Source of the DNA: a virus
Strand: one strand, 5' to 3'
Virus record (IMG/VR): IMGVR_UViG_3300047362_000301
Location: 2,394-66,393 of that record
Length of the DNA stretch: 64,000 bases
The position numbers and the translations under genes were made by a program. Below the pieces are notes generated by a model that was not told the DNA's origin, ran no database searches, and saw only the letters and a list, made by a program, of their open reading frames with translations. This document shows positions 7,857-17,101 of this stretch, in pieces; the first letter of the stretch is position 1, and the number at the start of each line of letters is the position of its first letter.

Positions 7857-7889
7857 ATATTATCCAATTATGTTCGTATTTAGTTTGTA
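7857..7889 (-). promoter_or_regulatory. Class I repeat/promoter (copy 3)
   Basis: atattatcc-aattatgt-tcgtatttagtttgta. Confidence 0.8.
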
Positions 7890-7890
7890 A

Positions 7891-8094
7891 TTAGTCTTCA
7901 TCTAAACCCGCATGTAATTTTTCTATTGTAGCAGACATAATCATGTGCATTAATTGATTGTACTCGTCACCTTCTAGTTTGTTATGATCTAGTTCTGAAC
8001 CATCAATAGCCCACTGAACAGAATCATACAATGTTTCTTTGATGTAAGAGACTTGAGCGTCTGCTATTTCATCTATAATTTTCATTTTACTCAT
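7891..8094 (-). CDS. Hypothetical acidic protein
   Basis: 67 aa ORF overlapping the upstream ORF by 4 nt. Confidence 0.55.
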   Translation of the reverse strand: MSKMKIIDEIADAQVSYIKETLYDSVQWAIDGSELDHNKLEGDEYNQLMHMIMSATIEKLHAGLDED

Positions 8095-8348
8095 AATATT
8101 GCTTTTTTTACTTGTTTTAAATCGTATTTTTCATGTGAATCACGCCACATTTTGTGCATTGTGTACTTACTTACTTGACTATAAGATGATTTACCTCGTA
8201 GTTTTACTTGTTTGTACTCGCGATCAGTAAATGGTTGGCATTCACCATGCACTTTGTTGATCTGATAGTGCTGAAATGCACGCTTTTTTCTGTTAGAAGC
8301 AACGTATTGCTTCAGCTCTTGCATATTACTACACATAGATTCTATCAT
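8091..8348 (-). CDS. Hypothetical basic protein
   Basis: ORF track; true start may be the downstream MQELKQY. Confidence 0.5.
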   Translation of the reverse strand: MIESMCSNMQELKQYVASNRKKRAFQHYQINKVHGECQPFTDREYKQVKLRGKSSYSQVSKYTMHKMWRDSHEKYDLKQVKKAIL

Positions 8349-8475
8349 TTATAGTATACCAGTTTAAGTAATCTGTGTATTCTGTGTTTTGATGTAGTCT
8401 AGTTAGAGCTTTGTAGCCATTATCTGTTTCGATAATAGCATTGCCAGTTTCTTGATTGAATTTGATTTTTTTCAT
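8329..8475 (-). CDS. Small hypothetical protein (48 aa)
   Basis: MKKIKFNQETGNAIIETDNGYKALTRLHQNTEYTDYLNWYTINDRIYV, immediately after repeat copy 4. Confidence 0.5.
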   Translation of the reverse strand: MKKIKFNQETGNAIIETDNGYKALTRLHQNTEYTDYLNWYTINDRIYV

Positions 8476-8481
8476 ATATAA

Positions 8482-8514
8482 TTATTATCCTTTATTATTC
8501 GTATTTAGTTTGTA
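8482..8514 (-). promoter_or_regulatory. Class I repeat/promoter (copy 4)
   Basis: ttattatcc-tttattat-tcgtatttagtttgta. Confidence 0.8.
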
Positions 8515-8925
8515 TTATAATTTACCATAATAGTGGTTTTTTAAGTAGAAGTCTAGCATAAATTTCATTCTAGCCATAGTATTCCATATTGGAACTCTAG
8601 TGACACCTTCGTAAATATATGTTTTAAGTGTGCCTTCGTCTGTTAGAAACATTTGTCTACGCTCTGATTTGTACACTGGATTTAGTTGATAGTTAGATGA
8701 GCAACTGTTACAGTTTCTTACATAACCAGATTTATACACTGCTAGTCTTAGTCGTTTGCCATTTGGCCATCTTTTTCTTGATGGTACAGGAAATTCAAAT
8801 TCTCTTGTACCATTTTTAGCTTGACGCTGTGTTGTGACTTCTTTGATATTATACTCGACTAGTAGTCGTCTAGCGAACGCATTTTCTAATGCTTCTTGTT
8901 CGAGTTTCCATTGTTTATACGCCAT
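8515..8925 (-). CDS. Hypothetical protein
   Basis: 136 aa ORF whose stop abuts repeat copy 4. Confidence 0.6.
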   Translation of the reverse strand: MAYKQWKLEQEALENAFARRLLVEYNIKEVTTQRQAKNGTREFEFPVPSRKRWPNGKRLRLAVYKSGYVRNCNSCSSNYQLNPVYKSERRQMFLTDEGTLKTYIYEGVTRVPIWNTMARMKFMLDFYLKNHYYGKL

Positions 8926-9109
8926 ATTTAATTGTTTTTACTATATTTTGTCGCCATTCCCACTCACGTTTACGAAATTCATAGCTGTTACACCATTTTT
9001 TCCATGAAGTGACTGTCATGCACTCACCGTATTTTGCTTCGTAGTCAAGACATTGTTGTAATTTGTCTTGTATTTGTGAAGCGGGATAGTCTTCAAATTG
9101 TTCTTTCAT
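8915..9109 (-). CDS. Hypothetical protein
   Basis: MKEQFEDY... ATG at 9109 is 5 nt after the repeat box (track start 9124). Confidence 0.55.
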   Translation of the reverse strand: MKEQFEDYPASQIQDKLQQCLDYEAKYGECMTVTSWKKWCNSYEFRKREWEWRQNIVKTIKYGV

Positions 9110-9113
9110 ATTA

Positions 9114-9146
9114 TTATTATCCATTAGTAATCGTATTTAGTTTGTG
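9114..9146 (-). promoter_or_regulatory. Class I repeat/promoter (copy 5)
   Basis: ttattatcc-attagtaa-tcgtatttagtttgtg (one terminal mismatch). Confidence 0.8.
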
Positions 9147-9517
9147 TGTAAGTATAATACCTTCTACGTCTGCTCTTGTAAGCTCGCCAGTCATTTGTCT
9201 GAGTATAGCCCAAGTGAGATTTATTTCTTTACTGTAATGTGTATTTAAAGTGTAGATCATAGTATTACATTTGTTAGTATGATTATTAAAGCGATAGTAA
9301 GTATTAAGTTACCTTTTTGCATTTGAGTTAATTTTCTGTTATTGTTCATATTATTAAATTTTATTTATTAGTTTTGTTAAAGATTTTTTTAAAATGGTTT
9401 TAGTAATATTACCATTTAAGTATTGATTTAGTTCGGAAATAGTATTTTTTATTGAAATACTAGTGTGTACATTAAAGAAATATTCATTATTTTCCATTTT
9501 ATTTTATTTAAGATTAG

Positions 9518-9560
9518 TTGTCACAGTGTGAATCGAACACACTTGTATACCATAGTGACA
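9518..9560 (-). ncRNA. Mini tRNA-like element (acceptor stem plus T arm, no anticodon arm)
   Basis: TGTCACT-ATGGTATACAA-GTGTG-TTCGATT-CACAC-TGTGACA-A, then CTAA as after the real tRNAs. Confidence 0.55.
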
Positions 9561-9616
9561 TTTTACTTGTTCGCATTTTTATACTTATAGAAACAAGTGG
9601 AACTTAAAGTTGTAGA

Positions 9617-9844
9617 TTATACTAATTCTACATTTCTTAGTACTACTGGAATATTATTAGTAGCAGTATAACTTTTGTACTTTATGAAGCAAGCCATTTT
9701 TTCTAAGTTTGCTTTCATGATATTGTACGCTTTATCATGATTGTAAGTGTGCTTGACACCTTTTTTGTTAGTAAATTCGATAGTTACATTTTTTCCGATT
9801 AGTGATTTTCTGATTACAAATCTTTTTGAAGTTAATTTAGTCAT
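9617..9844 (-). CDS. Conserved phage hypothetical protein (KRFVIRKSLIGK family)
   Basis: 75 aa basic ORF. Confidence 0.6.
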   Translation of the reverse strand: MTKLTSKRFVIRKSLIGKNVTIEFTNKKGVKHTYNHDKAYNIMKANLEKMACFIKYKSYTATNNIPVVLRNVELV

Positions 9845-9888
9845 AGTATTATATTTTATTTATTATTATTAGTTTATTAGTTACATTT

Positions 9889-9921
9889 ATATTATCCAAT
9901 TGTTGTCGTATTTAGTTTGTA
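9889..9921 (-). promoter_or_regulatory. Class I repeat/promoter (copy 6)
   Basis: atattatcc-aattgttg-tcgtatttagtttgta. Confidence 0.8.
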
Positions 9922-9992
9922 TGTTAGTGTAATATTGTTTATTGTATTATATTTGTTTGTATGTATACCACACTGTCACTATATATATATTA

Positions 9993-10184
9993 TTATATTA
10001 ATATAGTATCTAAATTTAATTCATCAGTTTCTATTATATATTTAATATTATTATTATTTAATATTTCAATTGTGTTATAGAAATCATCAATTGTATTTTC
10101 ATATAGTATAAATTCTGATTTGTTATTATCATTGTAGTGAATTTCATCATTTGGTAGTAGTGATTGTAATTTTGTAAAAGTCAT
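9993..10184 (-). CDS. Hypothetical acidic protein
   Basis: 63 aa ORF, first gene of the minus arm. Confidence 0.45.
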   Translation of the reverse strand: MTFTKLQSLLPNDEIHYNDNNKSEFILYENTIDDFYNTIEILNNNNIKYIIETDELNLDTILI

Positions 10185-10211
10185 ATTGTATATTGTTTTT
10201 GTTATTCATAT

Positions 10212-10244
10212 ATATTATCCAAGTGAAGTCGTATTTAGTTTGTA
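10212..10244 (-). promoter_or_regulatory. Class I repeat/promoter (copy 7)
   Basis: atattatcc-aagtgaag-tcgtatttagtttgta. Confidence 0.8.
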
Positions 10245-10436
10245 TAATAAGTTAGTTAGTTTATAATATGTAAAACATAAACATGTATTTATAAAATAAG
10301 AAAAAAGGTAAAACATTTTTGTAAAATTAAAAAAAACATTGGGGGGCCCCATAATTTAAAATCATTTTGCGTAACACGTTGGTAGTCAGTAGTATAGGGG
10401 TAACACCATACTTCTATATAACTAACAACTTTTATA

Positions 10437-10481
10437 GTGACATAAGCCTATTAAGGTAGTATAGTAACAGGCTAGTGTCAC
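10437..10481. repeat. 17-11-17 inverted repeat GTGACATAAGCCTATTA / TAACAGGCTAGTGTCAC
   Basis: Arms 14/17 complementary; in the divergent non-coding region; related to the sites at 3421 and 21793. Confidence 0.65.
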
Positions 10482-10510
10482 ACTTTTAAAATATGCATCT
10501 ATATATAAGA

Positions 10511-10539
10511 GTAAACCTAGTTAAAAACGTGTGATATTA
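10511..10539 (+). promoter_or_regulatory. Class II promoter-like motif (copy A), head of the late arm
   Basis: GTAAACCTAGTTAAAAACGTGTGATATTA. Confidence 0.55.
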
Positions 10540-10629
10540 CTAAGCATAGCGCGCTTCACAAAAGCCCGTTAGAGAAAAACTCATAAATTCACATGTTTAC
10601 ACGGTAGACAGAATATAAATAAAAAAAAT

Positions 10630-11253
10630 ATGGCACAAATCTCTTCATATCCCTTACTAACACCACAGCTTGGTGACAAAGTACTAGGATCTAATGTATT
10701 TGACAGTTCGGGTAATGCAGTATTAAACAACCCAACGTGTCAATTCAACTTCACAGACGTAAAATCTCTTATCGATCAACAATACACACAAAAGCTATCA
10801 GCTTCCAACACAGGAACGATCACTCCGGGTAACAATAATACCGGTTTAATCCTAACTTTTGGTGCAGCACAGGGTACTTCATCCGATGATGTCATGATTG
10901 ATGTTAATGGTAAGGTAACATTTAACACAATGGGTAGCTATGTTGTACAGCAAATTTACTATGCACAAGCTACTAGTGGAAACAACATCATATTAAACTT
11001 TAAAACAGTACAGGATGGCGCCACTCAGGTTGGTCCTACCTCTATGGTTAAGTTTTTATCTAATTCTACAACAGCAAGAGAGAGAATTAATATAACATCT
11101 TATATAAGTGTGTTGCAATCTTCTGTATATTACAATTTTTGGGTACAAAACCCAACATCAGGGGCTGCAGCAACACTACAACCTGAATCAACAGCTGCTT
11201 CGTGGGGAACAGACGTACCCTCTGCACAATTAATCATTACAAAACTAATATAA
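10630..11253 (+). CDS. Tail fibre/spike-associated protein with BclA/C1q-like C-terminus
   Basis: MAQISSYP...GDKVLGSN N-terminus similar to the next gene; ends PSAQLIITKL. Confidence 0.55.
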   Translation: MAQISSYPLLTPQLGDKVLGSNVFDSSGNAVLNNPTCQFNFTDVKSLIDQQYTQKLSASNTGTITPGNNNTGLILTFGAAQGTSSDDVMIDVNGKVTFNTMGSYVVQQIYYAQATSGNNIILNFKTVQDGATQVGPTSMVKFLSNSTTARERINITSYISVLQSSVYYNFWVQNPTSGAAATLQPESTAASWGTDVPSAQLIITKLI

Positions 11254-11254
11254 C

Positions 11255-14200
11255 ATGGCAATAATATACTCATACCCTACAGTAACGCCTACATCTGATG
11301 ATTTAGTTTTAGGTACAGACGTAAATGGAGAGGGTAAACCAACAAAAAACTTTACGATACAAAGTATTGTAGACATCGTACAGGGTGGAGCCACTGGTTT
11401 AGGTGCAGTACTTACTATTAGTAGTGATGCCCTTCAACAACCTGCTACAAACTTTACAAATGTACAAGGTACAGGAACATCTACCTTTGGATCATTTACC
11501 GATGGTACAATGACAATATCAAATGGTGTCGGTACTGGGTTCACAGCTTTTACATCCACAGCTATAACCGGTACATTACAAACAGCTGCTCAGCCAAACA
11601 TTACATCCCTTGGTAATTTAACTGGTTTAGTAATAAACGGGGCAGTCTCTGGAACAAACGTAATAACAAGTACCACGCTTGCTGGTGCTTCTAATACAAA
11701 CATAGCAAGTACCCTTGCAATTAAAACATATGTAGACAGTAACCCATCAGGTGCTGAATCACTAGCCGCAACATTACTTATTGGTAATATAACAAATGGT
11801 AGAGATATAGCTGTATCCGCAGGTGATGACATTACTTTTACAAATACATCTAAAATATTAATGGGTACAACAGCTGTTGATAATTTAGAAATATACAGTG
11901 ATAGTGCTAATAGTATAATAATAGACAGAAGCCCTGGTGCTTTAAAACTACAAACAAGTTTATTGTCTGTAAGAAACGAAGCAGATACAACTCAAACAAT
12001 AAGTGCTAGTGCTGCTGGTGCCGTAGAATTATACCACGGAGGAACAAAAAAATTCGAAACAACATCATCTGGTGTTAAAACAGACGGTATAGTAGAAAAC
12101 CCAGCTGGTACATCAGGTGCACCTACTTTTACTTTTACAGGTGATACCAGTACTGGTATGTATCGATCAGGTGCTGGTTTTGTTGCTTTTAGTTCAAATG
12201 GTAATATAACTGCTAGAATAAGTGAATCAGATTTTGAATCTGAAAGTACTGATTTTACAGTTAATGGTGTGTTTAGAGCATTTTCAACTGCTCAAGCTTC
12301 TTTTGGTGGTAAACTTACAGTAGCTACTCCAACAGCTTCATCAGATGCAGCAACTAAAGGATATGTTGATTTAAACAATGCAGGTCAAACATTGGAATAT
12401 GCTGGTGATGCTACAGGACCATTTGCTTTAAATTTAGCTGATGATGATTTAGAATTTAATGGTGATTCAAACATAACAGTTACCGCAGCTGCAGTTGCTA
12501 CTAACAAAGGTATTGTAACTATTGGTTTAAATAATAGTGTCGGTATATCCGGTACAATGACTGCTGGTACATTTACAGATGGAACTTTCACAGGATCTTC
12601 TGGTACATACACGGGTTATGTAAGTATTACATCAGCTGCGTTTGTTGGGCCTTTAACAGGCAATGCAACTACAGCAACTGCTTTAGCCACTGCTGGTACA
12701 ATACAATTGTTGTCTGGCTCTGGTGCAACACAAGGTGTAGCAAGTAATGCTGTAACTTATACAAGTGGAGGTGATATTCAATTAACTACAACTCTTGCTG
12801 ACACAACGGTTACTGCAAAAGCTTTAACTAATTTACCAACCCCTACGTCTAGTGCAATTTCAGCTTCTGATACGATACTTGCTGCGATGGCAAAATTACA
12901 AGGACAAATAACTTCAACAACAGGTTTATCTTACGAAGGAACATGGGATGCTAGAAACTCTGCTGAAGGTGGTTCAAGTGATGGTGGTAACCCTGATTTA
13001 ACACAATCTGGCAAAAAAGTAAATGGGCATTTTTATATAGTAAATACCCCTGGTAATGCAGAGCCTAACGGTGGTAGTGGTACTCAATTATCTCCTTGGG
13101 CTGTAGGTGACTGGGTTATATATGTTGCTAGTTCTGGTACGACTGAATGGCAAAAGCTAGATCAATCAAATGAGGTGTTAGGATCTGGTGCTGCAACTAA
13201 ACTAGCCTTATGGACATCTACAAATACTTTAGGTACAGGTCTTATATCTGATGATGGTGCAACAGTGACTATAGGTACTAACGGTAATTTAGTAGTACAA
13301 GGCGATACAACATTAGGTGATAATGCTGCACTTGACACGGTTACATTAAACGGTCCAACTACTTTTGAGTCAACAGGTATATTTAAAAAAGGTATTGCTT
13401 TAGGTGCTGGAGGAACTGATTATGGTGATGGAACAAAAGTATTAACATCAAGTGGTGCTGCAGGAACTCCACCTACTTGGGAAACACCTACTACAGGTAT
13501 AGTTACAAGCATAACAGGTGACTATGGTATAACGGTAGCTGGTACAGCCGCTGTTCCTACAATAGCTGTTACCACTGATACAAATAATTTAATAAATCAA
13601 GCCACTACAAAAGCCACACCAGTAGGCGCGGACACTATATTAATAAATGACAGTGCGGCTAGTGATGTTCTTAAAAAAGCTACATTAACTTCTATAAAAA
13701 CATTTACAGCTGAAAGCTGGTTATTAGATGTAGATGGTGGTACTGCTGCAACTATATCAGATGGTAATCAAGTAGGTTTTAATAGTGGAACTGGTATTGT
13801 ACAAACTTTATCAACTAAAGATGTTTCAACAGCTTTAAGATATGATGATAGTGATAATTCTGGTACAATTAAAAACTTTATAGAGGCTGCAACAACCGCA
13901 GCTCCTGGAACTGGTGACTTCTTAATATTTGGTGATCAAGCAGGTGGTAGTGCTATAAACAGTGTTAAAAAAGCTACTATAGAAGATATTGTAGATTTAG
14001 GTAATGAAACCTTAAAACAAGTATTAGAGAATGGCAATATAACTGATGGTACTAATATTGCAGTAAGTTCAGGAGATAATATAACTTTTGCAAATAATAG
14101 TAAAGCGTTTTTTGGTAATAGTAATGATTTACAAATATTTCATAATGGAACAGGCGCTCGTATAGAGAATACTACTGGATCGTCAACTATTTTATCAGAC

Positions 14201-15022
14201 ACTCTTAGTATAAACAATGCAGCTGATAGTGAGACTATGGCTCAGTTTGTTCATAATGGTGCTGTAGATCTTTATCATAATGGATTGTCAAGGTTTAAAA
14301 CTACAACGACAGGTGTTGAGGTAGTCAACACAGATGCTAATGTTCCACCAACCATATTATTAAATCAAGATTCTAATAATTTTACAATAACGCAAAATGT
14401 AGGCGGTGGTGGTGAAATAATAAACAGCTTTGGATCGTTGACTTTAAAAAACGATGGTAGTATTAATTTAAAAAATAAAGCTGGAAGTTATACTAAAGCT
14501 AGTTTTGATAGTAATATAAGTTTTAGCCCTGATAATTTAGCTGGAACAGCTACAGTACCAGGTGTTACTATTTATCAATCTACAGATGCTACAGCCGACG
14601 GAACTAGAACTAGAGTGTATGGTAATTTACAAGTTGATGGCAATATAATTCACGCTGATGCTGGAAACAGTGGTACATATAACTTTGATGATACAGTTAA
14701 TGCTAGTTCAAATGAAAATATATTTTCAATAACTGGAGGTGATGGTGCTTGTGCTTTTACAGTATATTTCACTTGTAACACTGCTTCTTATTCGGTAGCA
14801 AAAGTTTATACGGTAGTTCATTCATACGGTACAACGGTAGTTTACAATAAATTAGTAGATTCAGGACCTTATGGTGGTCATGACTTTACCCCTACTTTTA
14901 CGGGAGCTACTAATGTATTAACGTGCAACATTGCAAACGGTTCTGGATCAATAAGTGCTAATATATCTACAACAGTTATATTAGGTGCATCTCCTCAAAA
15001 CTTAACAGTTGCAGCATTATAA
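11255..15022 (+). CDS. Long tail fibre protein
   Basis: 1255 aa G/T/S/A-rich; MAIIYSYP anchor; DAATKGYVD, YEGTWDA and GDWVIY fibre motifs; internal duplicated domain. Confidence 0.8.
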   Translation: MAIIYSYPTVTPTSDDLVLGTDVNGEGKPTKNFTIQSIVDIVQGGATGLGAVLTISSDALQQPATNFTNVQGTGTSTFGSFTDGTMTISNGVGTGFTAFTSTAITGTLQTAAQPNITSLGNLTGLVINGAVSGTNVITSTTLAGASNTNIASTLAIKTYVDSNPSGAESLAATLLIGNITNGRDIAVSAGDDITFTNTSKILMGTTAVDNLEIYSDSANSIIIDRSPGALKLQTSLLSVRNEADTTQTISASAAGAVELYHGGTKKFETTSSGVKTDGIVENPAGTSGAPTFTFTGDTSTGMYRSGAGFVAFSSNGNITARISESDFESESTDFTVNGVFRAFSTAQASFGGKLTVATPTASSDAATKGYVDLNNAGQTLEYAGDATGPFALNLADDDLEFNGDSNITVTAAAVATNKGIVTIGLNNSVGISGTMTAGTFTDGTFTGSSGTYTGYVSITSAAFVGPLTGNATTATALATAGTIQLLSGSGATQGVASNAVTYTSGGDIQLTTTLADTTVTAKALTNLPTPTSSAISASDTILAAMAKLQGQITSTTGLSYEGTWDARNSAEGGSSDGGNPDLTQSGKKVNGHFYIVNTPGNAEPNGGSGTQLSPWAVGDWVIYVASSGTTEWQKLDQSNEVLGSGAATKLALWTSTNTLGTGLISDDGATVTIGTNGNLVVQGDTTLGDNAALDTVTLNGPTTFESTGIFKKGIALGAGGTDYGDGTKVLTSSGAAGTPPTWETPTTGIVTSITGDYGITVAGTAAVPTIAVTTDTNNLINQATTKATPVGADTILINDSAASDVLKKATLTSIKTFTAESWLLDVDGGTAATISDGNQVGFNSGTGIVQTLSTKDVSTALRYDDSDNSGTIKNFIEAATTAAPGTGDFLIFGDQAGGSAINSVKKATIEDIVDLGNETLKQVLENGNITDGTNIAVSSGDNITFANNSKAFFGNSNDLQIFHNGTGARIENTTGSSTILSDTLSINNAADSETMAQFVHNGAVDLYHNGLSRFKTTTTGVEVVNTDANVPPTILLNQDSNNFTITQNVGGGGEIINSFGSLTLKNDGSINLKNKAGSYTKASFDSNISFSPDNLAGTATVPGVTIYQSTDATADGTRTRVYGNLQVDGNIIHADAGNSGTYNFDDTVNASSNENIFSITGGDGACAFTVYFTCNTASYSVAKVYTVVHSYGTTVVYNKLVDSGPYGGHDFTPTFTGATNVLTCNIANGSGSISANISTTVILGASPQNLTVAAL

Positions 15023-15030
15023 AATAAAAT

Positions 15031-17079
15031 ATGGCTAATTTATCTAATATAAATAATAAGTTCATCGTCACTGACGGAGGTAATGTTTTAATTGGTCAAA
15101 CAAATAATTCTTCTGGTATACTACAAATTAAAGACACTCAAACTAGTAGTTTCAATGATGGTTTAGCTATTACTAGAAATAATGCCGCTCAAACAGGTTA
15201 TATAAACATGGTTGGTGGAGCTTTTAATTTTAATAGTCCTGGACTTTCTTATAAGTTTAGAAATAATGGAACGCAAACTTTAGAGTTAGACAGTTCTGGA
15301 AACGTCGGAATCGGAATAACGCCAAATGTTAATTCTAATGTTGTAAATGTAATACAGCTTGGTAAAGGTATGACTTTACTGGGTAACGTGAATGACGACA
15401 GAGCAACTATGGCTGCAAATTTATATCTTGATACTGGAACTGCTTTTAGATATGTAATGGATGGTTTAGCAGGTAGATTTAGTATAGAAGATGGGAATAT
15501 GGTTTGGGGTACTGCAAGTTCAGGAACAGCAGGTACAGTTGCCACAGTAGAGACTAAAATGACTTTATTAAATAATGGATTTTTAGGAATAAACAGAAAC
15601 TCCCCAAATGGGTTGTTACATCAACAAAGTGAAGCAGGAAGTAATTCTGAATACTATATCCAAACAGGTGATACAACTACTAACTCAACTATTTATTTTG
15701 GTGATTCCGATTCATCAATTCATGGTGGAATAGATTATGACCATAATGACGATAGTATGTCATTTAAAGTAAACAATAGCACTAGAATGCGTATAAAATC
15801 TGACGGTGTAATTACTTTTTCTACAACAGCAGTCACAAGTACTCCAGCTGGTAGCATAAATCATGGAAGTAATAACTTTCTTTACGTTACAGGAGGTACA
15901 GGAGGTGCTTCTTTTGGAGATGATGCACACGCTACGCGTATGATAGTGTTTGATAATAATTATGTAAGGTTTGATACTGGTGGTACAGAAAGAATGCGTA
16001 TTACAAATGCAGGGCAAGTACAAGTAGGTTATTATAATACCGCAAGGGGCGGAAGTAATACTACTTTTATGACAGGTAAATCTGGCACAACATATCTTGA
16101 ATTAAATGGAGGTGATGTTAATGGAGAAGGAGGAATATTGTTTGCTGATGGTTCTGGTGGAAACTATGGTTTAATTAATTATAGTCACGTTAGCGATATA
16201 ATGCAATTTTATACTGCTTCTGGAGAAAAAATGCGTATTACAAATGCAGGGCAAGTTAATATTTATCCTGTAAATGATACAAGTGAAGCGTTTAGAGTTT
16301 TTAGAGGAACTGGTGCGTATGCAAGTCAATCAATTTCTATTGATGCAAAAGGTGGAGATGCAAATATTAGATTACTTGCAACTGATACCGCAAGATCAAC
16401 TGTATTTTATAGGTCATCGGATGGAGGCGGTAATTTTGCAGAAAGTATGCGTATAGACAATAATGGTAGTATCGGAATGGGTGCAAATAGTGCTCCATAT
16501 AGATTAAGGGTAAAATCTGACGCAACGGTAGATAATGGTATTTATCTAAGTGCAGGGTCATCAAGTGCAAATCATATTTTATATGTAGAAAATCAAGATA
16601 GTAGTGCTGAATATTTTGCGGTAAGAGGTGATGGAGAAATTAGATTAAATGCAACAAGCGGTCATACATTTGCAAACAAAGGAATTAGATTTGGAACTAA
16701 TGCTTCAGCTAATAACTTAGATGATTATGAAGAAGGAACTTTTACTGCTACAACTAACAATGATGGAGTAGGTCTTCCAGTTACTGCTAATTACAGAAAA
16801 ATTGGACAATTAGTTACATACACAGTTTATATTCCAAATTGGAGTCCTACTTCTGCAGGAACAGCAGTTATTGCAGGGTTTCCTTTTACTGCTATAACTT
16901 CTAATGGATATGGAGTTGGAAATGTTACTCATTCAACAGGAGTTTTAAATTGTTCTGGTGGGTATCACGATGGTACAAATTGGAATGGAACACAAAATAA
17001 TAGTACAGGCAGGTCATCTTGGGTAGTTGCAAGTGCAAGGTCAATAATGGTATCAGGATTCTATTATACTACATCATAA
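15031..17079 (+). CDS. Tail fibre/receptor-binding protein 1 (LDDYEEGT C-terminal type)
   Basis: Repeated RMRI..SGNVGIG units; C-terminal NLDDYEEGTFT domain; MANLSNIN anchor. Confidence 0.8.
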   Translation: MANLSNINNKFIVTDGGNVLIGQTNNSSGILQIKDTQTSSFNDGLAITRNNAAQTGYINMVGGAFNFNSPGLSYKFRNNGTQTLELDSSGNVGIGITPNVNSNVVNVIQLGKGMTLLGNVNDDRATMAANLYLDTGTAFRYVMDGLAGRFSIEDGNMVWGTASSGTAGTVATVETKMTLLNNGFLGINRNSPNGLLHQQSEAGSNSEYYIQTGDTTTNSTIYFGDSDSSIHGGIDYDHNDDSMSFKVNNSTRMRIKSDGVITFSTTAVTSTPAGSINHGSNNFLYVTGGTGGASFGDDAHATRMIVFDNNYVRFDTGGTERMRITNAGQVQVGYYNTARGGSNTTFMTGKSGTTYLELNGGDVNGEGGILFADGSGGNYGLINYSHVSDIMQFYTASGEKMRITNAGQVNIYPVNDTSEAFRVFRGTGAYASQSISIDAKGGDANIRLLATDTARSTVFYRSSDGGGNFAESMRIDNNGSIGMGANSAPYRLRVKSDATVDNGIYLSAGSSSANHILYVENQDSSAEYFAVRGDGEIRLNATSGHTFANKGIRFGTNASANNLDDYEEGTFTATTNNDGVGLPVTANYRKIGQLVTYTVYIPNWSPTSAGTAVIAGFPFTAITSNGYGVGNVTHSTGVLNCSGGYHDGTNWNGTQNNSTGRSSWVVASARSIMVSGFYYTTS

Positions 17080-17101
17080 TTAATAATTAAAAATAAACAA
17101 A

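Noticed and set aside
9561-9602. Hairpin ACTTGTT/AACAAGT next to the mini-tRNA as another ncRNA
   Set aside because: Only a 7-bp AT-rich core on the transcribed strand; insufficient support.
5747-10244. Class I repeats as a CRISPR array
   Set aside because: Copies are 0.3-1.3 kb apart with genes between them, have an internal variable spacer, and no cas genes are present.
5747-10244. Class I repeats as integron attC sites
   Set aside because: Not palindromic, no GTTRRRY/RYYYAAC ends, and no integrase in the window.
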